NCBI GenBank assembly: GCA_965208675.1
Contig: OZ242351.1
Location: forward strand, 2,592,001-2,656,000
From: Candidatus Poribacteria bacterium
Lineage (GTDB): Bacteria > Poribacteria > WGA-4E > PCPOR2b
Reading direction: 5' to 3'
DNA length: 64,000 nt
Below are positions 51,222 through 61,064 of the stretch, one piece after another. The notes under the pieces were generated by a model, which worked only from the letters and a program-made list of their open reading frames with translations, had not been told where the DNA came from and made no database searches. A program made the translations under genes and the position numbers. The number at the start of each line of letters is the position of its first letter. The stretch's first letter is position 1.

Positions 51222-52706
51222 ATGTATCATCCCACTTCGGAAGATTTTCGGAAAAAAGCGCAACTCGGCAATTTGATTCCCGTTTACAAATCCATATTGG
51301 CGGACATGGAGACCCCGGTATCCGCATTTTACAAGATTGGCGGCGATGAGTACGCCTTTCTTCTGGAAAGCGTCGAAGGCGGCGAAAATCTCGCCCGGTA
51401 CTCCTTCCTCGGCGCGAATCCATCCATCCTGTTTCAGAGTAAGGGGGATCAGGTTAAAATCACAGAAATGCGAACCGGTAAAATCGTCGCGTGTGAATCA
51501 AGGGACGGGCTTACTCAGCTTGAAGCACTGATGAATCGCTACCAGCCGGTGCAGGTCGAAGGACTGCCCCATTTCCACGGCGGGGTTGTGGGCTACCTCA
51601 GTTATGACATCGTGCGGTTAGTCGAAGAATTACCCGATTGCACCGAGGATGACCGGGATTTACCCGATTGCTATTTCATGACCGCCGATACGCTATTGGT
51701 CTTCGACCATGTGAACCACCGGATTAAGGTCATCGCCAACGCGCATATTGATGGCGATATTGACGCAGCGTATGCAGATGCAATAAATCGAATTGAAGTT
51801 TTGATTGCGAAACTCAAGCGTCCGCTTCGCATGAATCCCGGCAAGAAAACGCCAGAGGAAAACACCCAAACGCAGATTACGTCGAATTTCACGAAAGCAG
51901 GCTACGAATCTGTCGTCCTTCGCGCAAAGGAGTACGTCGCTGCGGGGGACATCATTCAAGTCGTTCCGTCACAACGGATTAGCCGCCCAATTTCCGTCGA
52001 TGCCTTTGAAATCTATCGTGCGCTCCGCACCGTCAATCCCTCGCCCTATATGTACTATCTCAAACTCGCCGGCCTCCAGATCGTTGGGGCTTCGCCGGAG
52101 ATGATGGTGCGTGTAGAGAACGGACGCGCAGAGACCCGCCCAATCGCCGGAACGAGACCGCGCGGACGTTCCCCCGCGGAAGACGCTGCACTCGCTGAAG
52201 AGTTGCTCGCCGATCCAAAGGAACGGGCGGAACATGTGATGCTCGTTGATCTAGGGCGAAACGACCTCGGCCGTGTCTGCGAATACCACACGGTTCGTGT
52301 GAGCGAGATGATGGTAATCGAGCGCTATTCGCATGTCATGCACATCGCCTCGCACGTCGAAGGGCAACTGCGCGAGGGACAGACCGCTTTTGATGTCATT
52401 CGCGCCTGTCTCCCCGCCGGAACGCTGTCGGGCGCACCGAAGATTCGGGCGATGGAGATTATTGAGGAACTCGAGCCGACGCGGCGGGGACCTTACGGTG
52501 GCGCGGTCGGTTACTTCAGTTTCTCCGGCAGCGCAGACACGGCGATTACAATTCGTACCCTCGTCGTCGTGGACGGTGTTGCCTACATCCAGGCTGGCGC
52601 CGGCATCGTTGCGGACTCTGTACCCGAATTCGAATTCGAGGAAACGCTGAACAAGGCGCAGGCTGGATTGAGAGCCATTGAATTTGCGGAGGCGGGATTG
52701 GAATAA
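51222..52706 (+). CDS. trpE: Anthranilate synthase component I
   Basis: LLESVEGG, NPSPYMY, PIAGTRPRG, EHVMLVDLGRND and GAPKIRAM motifs. Confidence 0.95.
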   Translation: MYHPTSEDFRKKAQLGNLIPVYKSILADMETPVSAFYKIGGDEYAFLLESVEGGENLARYSFLGANPSILFQSKGDQVKITEMRTGKIVACESRDGLTQLEALMNRYQPVQVEGLPHFHGGVVGYLSYDIVRLVEELPDCTEDDRDLPDCYFMTADTLLVFDHVNHRIKVIANAHIDGDIDAAYADAINRIEVLIAKLKRPLRMNPGKKTPEENTQTQITSNFTKAGYESVVLRAKEYVAAGDIIQVVPSQRISRPISVDAFEIYRALRTVNPSPYMYYLKLAGLQIVGASPEMMVRVENGRAETRPIAGTRPRGRSPAEDAALAEELLADPKERAEHVMLVDLGRNDLGRVCEYHTVRVSEMMVIERYSHVMHIASHVEGQLREGQTAFDVIRACLPAGTLSGAPKIRAMEIIEELEPTRRGPYGGAVGYFSFSGSADTAITIRTLVVVDGVAYIQAGAGIVADSVPEFEFEETLNKAQAGLRAIEFAEAGLE

Positions 52707-52769
52707 GCGTTTTTTAAATCAGAAAAAAGATGTGAGAAAGTACAGACATACTTAATTAAGGAAAAAACT

Positions 52770-53333
52770 ATGGTACTCATGATTGACAACTACGACTCAT
52801 TCACTTACAACCTCGTCCAATATCTCGGTGAACTGGGCGCGAATCTTGTTGTCCACCGCAACGACAAAATCACAATTGAACAGGTTGAAGACCTCGCACC
52901 TGAGAAGATTGTAATTTCCCCCGGCCCCTGCACGCCGCGTGAGGCAGGCATCTCCTGCGAGTTGATTCGTCGCTTTGCCGGCCGTTTGCCGCTGCTCGGC
53001 GTCTGCTTGGGGCACCAGTGCATCGGCGAAGCCTTCGGCGGCGATGTTGTCCGGGCAGAGCGGCTGATGCACGGGAAGACATCTATGATTCACCACGACG
53101 GCGAGGAAATTTTCGACGAACTGGAAAACCCGTTTGAGGCGACGCGCTACCATTCGCTCATCGTGAAAAAGGAGACGCTGCCAGACTGTCTTAAACTCAC
53201 GGCATGGACAGATCAAGACGAAATTATGGGAATCCGGCACAAGGAACATTCTATCTGGGGTGTGCAATTTCATCCGGAATCAATTCTGACACACGCCGGT
53301 AAACCGCTATTGCAAAATTTCTTGCAAATTTAA
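52770..53333 (+). CDS. trpG: Anthranilate synthase component II (glutamine amidotransferase; TrpG/PabA)
   Basis: [21 protein letters not shown] and QFHPES motifs. Confidence 0.92.
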   Translation: MVLMIDNYDSFTYNLVQYLGELGANLVVHRNDKITIEQVEDLAPEKIVISPGPCTPREAGISCELIRRFAGRLPLLGVCLGHQCIGEAFGGDVVRAERLMHGKTSMIHHDGEEIFDELENPFEATRYHSLIVKKETLPDCLKLTAWTDQDEIMGIRHKEHSIWGVQFHPESILTHAGKPLLQNFLQI

Positions 53334-53432
53334 CATGAAGCCTCTGAATGTTTCTGGATTTATCACCGTTTTTTTGGTATAGTATCATATACCTTTGTTA
53401 CCTAATCTTCCATTCAGTGACGGATTATACAG

Positions 53433-54836
53433 ATGCCGGACCTTAGCAACATTGATGAACACCTCGTTCAGAAATTATGGAATGATCGACGCTTTTTTGA
53501 CTTTGAGTTGAAGGCGACCGACGGACGTACTTTGCAAGTGCTGAAAACCGGGCAGTGGAATCATAACGAGGGACCCGACTTCGCTGGAGCCGAAATTCTA
53601 GTCAATGGGAAGTTGTTAACGGGTGATATTGAGATTCACGTTTCTTCATCCAATTGGTACGATCACAAGCACCATCTCGACTCAAAATATAACCGCGCCG
53701 TACTGCATGTAGTTTTTTGGGATGACGATATCAATCTGCGTACTCGGACTCAAAACGGTAATCGGATTCCGACGTTAGAACTGTCTCACCGGCTCGACAC
53801 ACCTTTGGTGGAACTAATCGACGAATACAAGAATCCGAAAGCGAATCGGCTGGAATGCCGAATAACAGGCAGAAGGCTGAAGATTGAACCGCTCAAGTCG
53901 GTTTTCGATCAACTCGGACAAGAGCGGCTCATTGCACATAAAGAGGCGATGCAAGCGCAGCGCGTCACGGTCGATTTTGAGCAGTTGCTCTACAGGGGAA
54001 TCATGGACGCGCTGGGGTACAAATTAAACCGCGAATCCTTTGGGGAATTGGCGTATCGAGTGCCCATCTCGCAATTGATGGGAAAGTCGAATGAGGAGAT
54101 TCAAGCTATACTGCTCGGGGTTGCGGGCTTGCTACCTTCGCAATGCGATCTGCTCTCGCCCTGCGAAGCTAATGAACCGTTTATTTCTCAGTTAGAAACG
54201 CTGTGGGCTGCTTCTGCGCAATACGAGAATTCCAATCGAATGTCGGGGCATGTATGGCGGTTCGGAAACACGCGGCCGCCGAACTTCCCCACTCGCCGCA
54301 TCGCTGCGATGGCTACGCTGATTAGTTCCCGAACGGATAGCTTGTTGGCGGAGTTCGTTTCCCACATCGAAGCCGCAGCAACGGCAAACAAAAAGGGTAT
54401 GCAACGAATACGCCGTAAGTTGCTCGAGTTATTGATGCTCCCCGCCGCCGGTTACTGGGCAAACCACTCTCGTTTTGGAAAAGGAATTGCAAAAAAGGGA
54501 ACAGTATTTATAGGAGAAGCTCGCGCTTCTAAAATCATCATTGATAAATTATTGCCGCTCGCGCTTGTATGGGCGGAAGAGTCGCAGAGTTCCAAATTGT
54601 CTGACGCGGTTCAAAAACTCTACGACCATCATCCAAAGATACAGAATGACCCTATCGCTGATAAGATTGCCGCCCGAATCTTCACCGAACAGCAGCCAAT
54701 TCAGAGCATCTCTCCCTCCGCAAAAAAGCAACAGGGCGCAATCTATCTCGACAAAAACTTCTGTGAAAGCCAACTCTGCGAACTCTGTCCAATCCTCAAC
54801 AGCGGCGCGGTGGACGAAGACGCCGCCAATCCTTAA
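53433..54836 (+). CDS. DUF2851 family protein
   Basis: N..EGPDF, GDIEIH, W..H.HH.D..YN, RPPNFPTRRIA and a C-terminal C....C..CP. Confidence 0.85.
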   Translation: MPDLSNIDEHLVQKLWNDRRFFDFELKATDGRTLQVLKTGQWNHNEGPDFAGAEILVNGKLLTGDIEIHVSSSNWYDHKHHLDSKYNRAVLHVVFWDDDINLRTRTQNGNRIPTLELSHRLDTPLVELIDEYKNPKANRLECRITGRRLKIEPLKSVFDQLGQERLIAHKEAMQAQRVTVDFEQLLYRGIMDALGYKLNRESFGELAYRVPISQLMGKSNEEIQAILLGVAGLLPSQCDLLSPCEANEPFISQLETLWAASAQYENSNRMSGHVWRFGNTRPPNFPTRRIAAMATLISSRTDSLLAEFVSHIEAAATANKKGMQRIRRKLLELLMLPAAGYWANHSRFGKGIAKKGTVFIGEARASKIIIDKLLPLALVWAEESQSSKLSDAVQKLYDHHPKIQNDPIADKIAARIFTEQQPIQSISPSAKKQQGAIYLDKNFCESQLCELCPILNSGAVDEDAANP

Positions 54837-54842
54837 AGGCAT

Positions 54843-54950
54843 ATAGGTTGGGTAAAGCGGGCACCACCGAATGCGCACATGACGCAATTAACCGCCGCGA
54901 ACACACAGCGACACTCTTGGCGAGAACCGTAAAGCGCAACCCAACCTACA
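54843..54950 (+). repeat. REP-like element with 74-nt spacer
   Basis: ataggttgggtaaagcg, 74 nt, gcgcaacccaacctac. Confidence 0.75.
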
Positions 54951-55659
54951 AAAATTAGATTAGGATAGCCTATAGACATTATTGCGCAGTCCAAGGGGAT
55001 TTGGTAAGGAGAATTGGAATGATAACGCTGCCGACAATTCAGTTTTTGATGGGAGCGGCACCGCTAGGTGTCTCACCCTTTTTTTTTCAGGGTGAAATCA
55101 GGAAGACAATGGAAATTGGGTAATTTCCGGTCGATCCGAGGTTGGTGGTTACCTTTTTTCGAGATGCACCGGCCCGCTTGTGGTGCGGGTTCATTGAAAT
55201 CGTGAGGTAACCAAAAGGTAACCAAGAAAAAAGATCTTTACCTCTATTGAGCCGCTTAACATGCTAATATATTAGCATAGTTTATAGGAGCAATTTAAGC
55301 CTTTCGCTGGCAGCGGATCGAAAGGTATGTCGAGGCAATCGAGGCGCGAAAAGGGCGGTGCGTTTCCCGGAAGAGTTAGGCAATGAGGGATTTTCAATCT
55401 AAAGGAATGTTGATTGGGTTAAGCGGCCGAGCATGGAGTGAACAAGCGAGCGAATAGGGCGTGCGATAGTCTTCTCAAAAAAATCCTCCCCCTTGACAAG
55501 GCGGGATCAACCGACCGAATAGGATCAACTGAGCGGATAGCCAAGGCGATAATTTGCCGGCTGCCGCGATAGTTTTCTTGAATAGTCTTCTCCGTAACCG
55601 CCACCAGTAAACGATTCCAAATGAAATGGCGGAAGCTAGGGTAAAGAGGAGGTGAAGCC

Positions 55660-55890
55660 ATGAAGATGATTCTGCTTATTCTTATGACTGTTTCATGTCT
55701 TGCTTGTAACATGCCGCAAGTGATGATGTACGGGCTTGGCGGTTTCATAGGCGGATCGATTGCGCTAAACGTCCTTTCAAAAGACGATAAGCTACAATGC
55801 GATGTCTGCCGCAAATATGACTTAGGCAAAGCCGACAAAGAAGGTAGTTTTGTTTGCAAGTCGTGTAAACAACAGTCTGAGAATAAATGA
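55660..55890 (+). CDS. Small lipoprotein-like protein with CxxC...CxxC
   Basis: GGAGG RBS; lipobox-like CLAC; CDVC and CKSC. Confidence 0.6.
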   Translation: MKMILLILMTVSCLACNMPQVMMYGLGGFIGGSIALNVLSKDDKLQCDVCRKYDLGKADKEGSFVCKSCKQQSENK

Positions 55891-55924
55891 GACAATGAAA
55901 GGGGAGGATATTACTAGGGTAGAC

Positions 55925-56180
55925 AATCGCCTTCGCTATCCGCTCAGTTGAACCCTTCCTTTTCTGTCGGTTGATGGCTCAACCCAACCTACAAAAACAT
56001 GTGGATTACCTGTTCTCGGAAACCCATGGCGTTACATTGGGTTCAGCGTTTATTCGGCAGGTGGAAGGTTGTAAAAGCGTTGGGTTTCGCAGAAGACTAT
56101 CGCCTTCCCTATTCGGTCAGTTGATCGCTCTACCCAACCTACAAGACTATCGCCTTCGCTATTCGGTCAGTTGATCCTAC
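55925..56180 (-). repeat. REP/GATCAAC-module cluster in reverse orientation
   Basis: cttcgctatccgctcagttg, tattcggtcagttgatc twice, and cgctctacccaacctac. Confidence 0.75.
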
Positions 56181-56183
56181 AAG

Positions 56184-56362
56184 AACTGACTCCGTTTGAA
56201 TGTTGAACTTTAACTTATCGAAAAACCTCACCCTACCCGACTCGTCACCAACAGCAATATACTAGTCATTCGGTGACCAACGAGGCTTGTGATCCCCGAT
56301 GTCAGAGCGGCTTCATGAACCGCCCGAGAACGGCGTCGGCCTTGCAATTGCCAGACGCAGAC
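56184..56362 (-). pseudogene. Degenerate copy of the 3' end of the WD40 gene at 63241-63422
   Basis: Aligns directly, with small indels and an in-frame stop. Confidence 0.85.
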
Positions 56363-56656
56363 TAGATGGTTAAAACCTCTCCCGCTATTATCCAATGCTT
56401 GATGGACACTGCCTGTTATACTGCTTAAATGTACAAAGTCGAGCTTAGCGCAAGACTGAATTGACTGCGAGAACTTTTTCGGGTATCGGAGAGCCTTGCG
56501 AAAATTTGGAAAGGCTCAGGGACGGTTATAAATCGAAAAGTTTGATTCTCTCAATCTTTTACGATATTCTTAATACCATATTAATCTTCAAGCAGTTAAA
56601 GCATTTCTCTGTTTACAGAGGGGTCCAAAACTGGAGCGATTAGTGAGGAGGGGCCT

Positions 56657-57475
56657 ATGCCAGTTTTTGACGCAGAAGCCTTAGAATTTTGGGAAGAGAA
56701 TGGTTACGTCGTTGTACCGGAGGCGGTACCACTTGAAAATTGCCGCGCTGCAGAACAAGCCGTCTGGGATTTTCTTGAAATGGACCGCGACAATCCAGAC
56801 AGTTGGTATCCCGATCCACCGCGCGGGAGCATCATGGTGGAGATTTATCAACACCAAGCGTTGTGGGACAACCGCCAATACCCCCGTGTCCACCAGGCGT
56901 TCTCGGAAATTTGGGAGACGGAAAAACTCTGGGTTAGTTTTGATCGTGGGAGCATGAATCCGCCTGAACGTTCGGATTGGAAGTTCACCGGTCCTTACTT
57001 ACATTGGGATATGTCGTTGGATGATATGCCGGTACGTTTGAAGGTGCAAGGTGTTTTGTATCTGGCAGATACGCCGGGTAATCAGGGTGCATTCACCTGT
57101 ATTCCGGGATTTCATCGGAAGTTGGAGAAATGGTTGGAGGACTTACCTGATGACGTGAACCCGCGGGAAGTTGTCCGAGAATACCAAGCAGAAGCGGTGC
57201 CGGTTGCTGGGAAAGCCGGCGATCTGGTTATCTGGCATAGTGCATTGCCGCATGGAAGTAGTCCGAACTCCGCTGAGCGTCCTCGTATGGCGCAATATAT
57301 CACGATGTCGCCTGCGCCAGAGAATGGCAATCCTGAGTCCCGAATTAAAGGGTGGCGCGAGCGCTTGACGGGACTCGGAAAAGAGGCGAAAGAGAAGGAG
57401 CATCACCACGGTGAAACAGCGGAATTGACACCTTTAGGAAAGAAGCTTCTCGGACTTGAATCATGGGTTACTTAA
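56657..57475 (+). CDS. Phytanoyl-CoA dioxygenase (PhyH) family protein
   Basis: LHWD, GAFTCIPGFH and LPHGSSPN motifs. Confidence 0.9.
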   Translation: MPVFDAEALEFWEENGYVVVPEAVPLENCRAAEQAVWDFLEMDRDNPDSWYPDPPRGSIMVEIYQHQALWDNRQYPRVHQAFSEIWETEKLWVSFDRGSMNPPERSDWKFTGPYLHWDMSLDDMPVRLKVQGVLYLADTPGNQGAFTCIPGFHRKLEKWLEDLPDDVNPREVVREYQAEAVPVAGKAGDLVIWHSALPHGSSPNSAERPRMAQYITMSPAPENGNPESRIKGWRERLTGLGKEAKEKEHHHGETAELTPLGKKLLGLESWVT

Positions 57476-57585
57476 ACACGGTAGGTGCGGTTTCCTAACC
57501 GCACCGAGTCTCCGTAAAAACCTATGCATCGGAATATCTCAAGGATTCCCTAACCCCTTAGAAATGTTATAAGGAGAACCTTCTC

Positions 57586-58875
57586 GTGACAGATTTATTG
57601 GCAGCACGCGCACAGATGGCGATGTCGCTCGCATTTCACATTATTTTTGCGGTGATCGGTATAGCGATGCCGCTGCTAATGGTGATTGCGGAAGGGCTAT
57701 GGCTCAAAACGCGAGAAGAGGTTTACCTGACGCTTGCGAAGCGGTGGGCAAAAGGGACGGCGATTATGTTTGCTGTCGGCGCGGTCTCTGGCACCGTTTT
57801 GTCTTTTGAACTCGGTTTGTTGTGGCCCAATTTTATGGCTTACGCTGGTCCGATCATCGGCATGCCGTTTTCATTGGAAGGGTTTGCATTCTTCCTGGAA
57901 GCGATCTTCTTAGGGCTTTACCTCTATGGCTGGAACCGTATTCCAAAATATGCCCACTGGTATGCTGGGATGATGGTGCTGATCGGCGGCACCTTGTCCG
58001 GTATTTTTGTTGTCACCGCGAATGCATGGATGAACACGCCTACCGGTTTCTCTATTGTCAATGGAGAGGTGACGGATGTCGATCCGATTGCGGCAATGTT
58101 GAATCCCTCCTCGTTTAGCCAAACACTTCACATGACTATCGCTGCTTTTCTGACAGTCGGATTTGCGGTGGCGGGCATTCACGCCTATTTTCTGCGACGT
58201 GATCCCGACAACCTTTTCCATCGCCGTGCGTTTGCGATTGCCCTGAGTGTTGGCGGTGTGTTCGCACTCCTGCAACCGATTTCGGGTGACATCAGTGCCA
58301 AGAAGCTGGCGAAACACCAACCTATCAAGCTTGCGGCGATGGAGGCGCAGTGGGAGACCGAACGCGGGGCACCTTTACGTATCGGTGGTATTCCTAACGA
58401 GGACACTGAAGAGACTCGATATGCGCTTGAAATTCCGAAGGCACTTAGTTTTCTTGCGTACTCTGACTTCAACGCTGAAGTTATGGGGCTTAAGGCGGTG
58501 CCACCGGAAGACCGTCCGCCTGTGGCGATTGTGCATTTCGCATTTCAAATTATGGTAGCGTGCGGGATAGTGCTGATTGCCGCTGCTGTTATCGGTGGTT
58601 GGCTCGCGTGGAAACATAAAAGACTACCGGATCAACGTTGGTATCTTCGGTTCGTTACGTTCTGTACACCGCTTGGGTTTATCGCGATTGAGGCAGGTTG
58701 GACGGTCACAGAGGTTGGACGGCAACCGTGGATTATTTATAATTACATGCGAACCGCTGAGGCGGTAACCTCAATGCCGAACCTCGTCGTTCCCTTTCTC
58801 GGTTTTACGGTACTTTATATTTTCCTCTCTATTATCGTTGTTATCCTATTACGTCGTCAGATATTTTTAAGCTAA
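57586..58875 (+). CDS. cydA: Cytochrome bd ubiquinol oxidase subunit I
   Basis: FHIIF, FFLEAIF, QPIKLAAME and EVGRQPW motifs. Confidence 0.96.
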   Translation: MTDLLAARAQMAMSLAFHIIFAVIGIAMPLLMVIAEGLWLKTREEVYLTLAKRWAKGTAIMFAVGAVSGTVLSFELGLLWPNFMAYAGPIIGMPFSLEGFAFFLEAIFLGLYLYGWNRIPKYAHWYAGMMVLIGGTLSGIFVVTANAWMNTPTGFSIVNGEVTDVDPIAAMLNPSSFSQTLHMTIAAFLTVGFAVAGIHAYFLRRDPDNLFHRRAFAIALSVGGVFALLQPISGDISAKKLAKHQPIKLAAMEAQWETERGAPLRIGGIPNEDTEETRYALEIPKALSFLAYSDFNAEVMGLKAVPPEDRPPVAIVHFAFQIMVACGIVLIAAAVIGGWLAWKHKRLPDQRWYLRFVTFCTPLGFIAIEAGWTVTEVGRQPWIIYNYMRTAEAVTSMPNLVVPFLGFTVLYIFLSIIVVILLRRQIFLS

Positions 58876-59022
58876 TGTCAAGCGTTAATCACGATTATTG
58901 GTTAAACAACATTTCTTGGATAAGTTCCGCAGGACTCCGATGTTGTCCTGCTGCTTGCACTTCAATAGATTGTTGCGGCGAACCTACTTCCAGGCACCCA
59001 CCGACACGTCGAGAAAACTTTC

Positions 59023-60063
59023 ATGTTGAGTCTTGAATTCTGCATTGCATGTGTAATGCTTATTTCCCTGATTATCTATATGTTGACAGGTGGTGCTGAT
59101 TTTGGCGGTGGCATCTGGGATCTGTTTGCAACAGGTCGCCGTGCGAACGCACAACGCTCGCTTATCGCACACGCGATTGGACCCATCTGGGAAGCAAACC
59201 ATGTCTGGTTGATTGTGATTGTCGTTCTACTTTTCGTGGCGTTTCCTGTTGCATTCGCTGCAATTAGTACGGCTTTACATATTCCATTGACATTTATGCT
59301 CATCGGTATTGTGCTTCGCGGCACGGCGTTTGTGTTTCGCACCTATGATGTTCAATCGGATGTAATACACCGCCGTTGGAGCCGAGTATTCGCTGTGGCA
59401 AGTGTTATTACGCCTGTGATGTTAGGGGTTACGTTGGGCGCGGTCGCGTCCGGTACGATACACGTTGACGTGGCGAGTGGACAGGTGGACACAGATTTCA
59501 TCTCGGCATGGTTTGCGCCGTTTCCGTTTGCAAACGGGTTCTTTACCTTGACGCTTTGTGCGTTGCTTGCGGCGGTGTATCTCACCCTTGAGACTGAGGA
59601 CACAGAATTGCAGGAGGATTTTCGGCGACGTGCTCTCATCTCGGCAGTGAGTGTCGGTGCGATGGCAGGACTGAGTTTTATCTTGTCTGCGGAGGGTGCG
59701 CCGGCAATTCGACGCGGACTCGGTAGCGCGTCTTGGTCGATCCCGTTTCATATTTTAACGGGCGCGATGGCACTGTGGGCGATCTGGACAATTTGGAAGC
59801 GCCAATTTCGCCTCGCGCGTATCCTCGTTCCGATACAGGTTACGCTCATCGTTTTCGGTTGGGGGCTGGCACAGTATCCGTATCTTGTCACACCGGACTT
59901 AACCTTTTCAAATACGGCTGCACCGGATACAGTGTTGCGTCCGTTGTTGATTGTACTGATTGCGGGGGGTGTGCTGTTGGTGCCTGCTTTCTGGTATCTT
60001 TACGCTGTGTTTAAGGGTGCAGCTCGGCAGGCGGGGCAAACCAAAGAAGAGAATGATCCTTAA
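59023..60063 (+). CDS. cydB: Cytochrome bd ubiquinol oxidase subunit II
   Basis: GADFGGG, IGPIWEANHVWL and LRGTAFVFR motifs. Confidence 0.95.
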   Translation: MLSLEFCIACVMLISLIIYMLTGGADFGGGIWDLFATGRRANAQRSLIAHAIGPIWEANHVWLIVIVVLLFVAFPVAFAAISTALHIPLTFMLIGIVLRGTAFVFRTYDVQSDVIHRRWSRVFAVASVITPVMLGVTLGAVASGTIHVDVASGQVDTDFISAWFAPFPFANGFFTLTLCALLAAVYLTLETEDTELQEDFRRRALISAVSVGAMAGLSFILSAEGAPAIRRGLGSASWSIPFHILTGAMALWAIWTIWKRQFRLARILVPIQVTLIVFGWGLAQYPYLVTPDLTFSNTAAPDTVLRPLLIVLIAGGVLLVPAFWYLYAVFKGAARQAGQTKEENDP

Positions 60064-60156
60064 CGTGAATGGGCTGAAAACGCCATTCCGATTCTACTCG
60101 GCATCGGTTAAATAACCGGCTCTTCAGAGTTAAGTGTGGAAAATGAAATTAACTTA

Positions 60157-60919
60157 AAGCCTGTTTGAAAAGTCATTTGATTCGGTTTCGCAACAAGTAA
60201 ATGGAAGCGATGTACACCATAGTCTCAGCAGTCTTAGGATAGCGTTCATAATCCAAAGTCAATCGACGAAACCAACCAAGCCAAGAAAATGTGCGCTCAA
60301 CAATCCATCGTAACGGAACAGCTTCAAACCCCTGCTGCCCTAGCGTAGATGCAATCTTTAGTTCACACTGATGAGCAAGATATAACCAGTCTTCTAATTC
60401 TCCGCGATAGGCGGCATCGGCACACACCAACTGAATGGTTATGTACCAGTCAAATACTTCGGTTAGTAACTCAATAGCTATCTGATTGTCACTGACATTC
60501 GCGTCAGTGACTTTGACCATCAATGGAATCCCCGTCGTGTCTGTTACCAGATGGCGTTTGCGTCCTTTGACCTTCTTGTGACCATCAAATCCTCGAGTCG
60601 CCGCCAGTTCCGTCGTCTTAACGGATTGGCTGTCAATGATAGCTGCTGTCGGTGATGGTTGTTTGCCATCATCACAACGTGTTTGTTCGCGAAGTGCCTG
60701 ATGAATCAAGAGCCATGTATCGTCGGCTTTCCACTTCCTAAAATGGTAATAGACGGTTTGCCACGGTGGCATATCGTGGGGCAGCATTCGCCACTGGCAC
60801 CCGGACTTGACGACATAAAAGATAGCATTGATGATTAAGCACATCTCCCATTTTAGAGGTCTGCCTAAGGGTTGAGATGTTGGCAGAAACGAGGACAGTT
60901 TCTCCCATTGTGCTTCGGT
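60157..60919 (-). mobile_element. IS5-family element, 5'-truncated transposase (ORF 60173-60844; frame open up to ~60919)
   Basis: GCQWRMLP, IIDSQSVK, DGHKKVKGRKRH, AD.AY and RWIVERTFSW; IR aagcctgtttgaaaag at 60157-72. The N-terminal TEAQWE is preceded by a stop codon instead of a start. Confidence 0.9.
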
Positions 60920-61064
60920 TTATACGCGCGTGGACAAAGTGTTCCTCACGAACCACACGGCGTTCCTCCGAATAAGAAATCGGAAGATTAACACGGAAAC
61001 AGATTAGCCAACTCGATCTAAAGCGGTTTCGTTCCGACTTGTTTTTTTAGTTGTGGGGACAATC

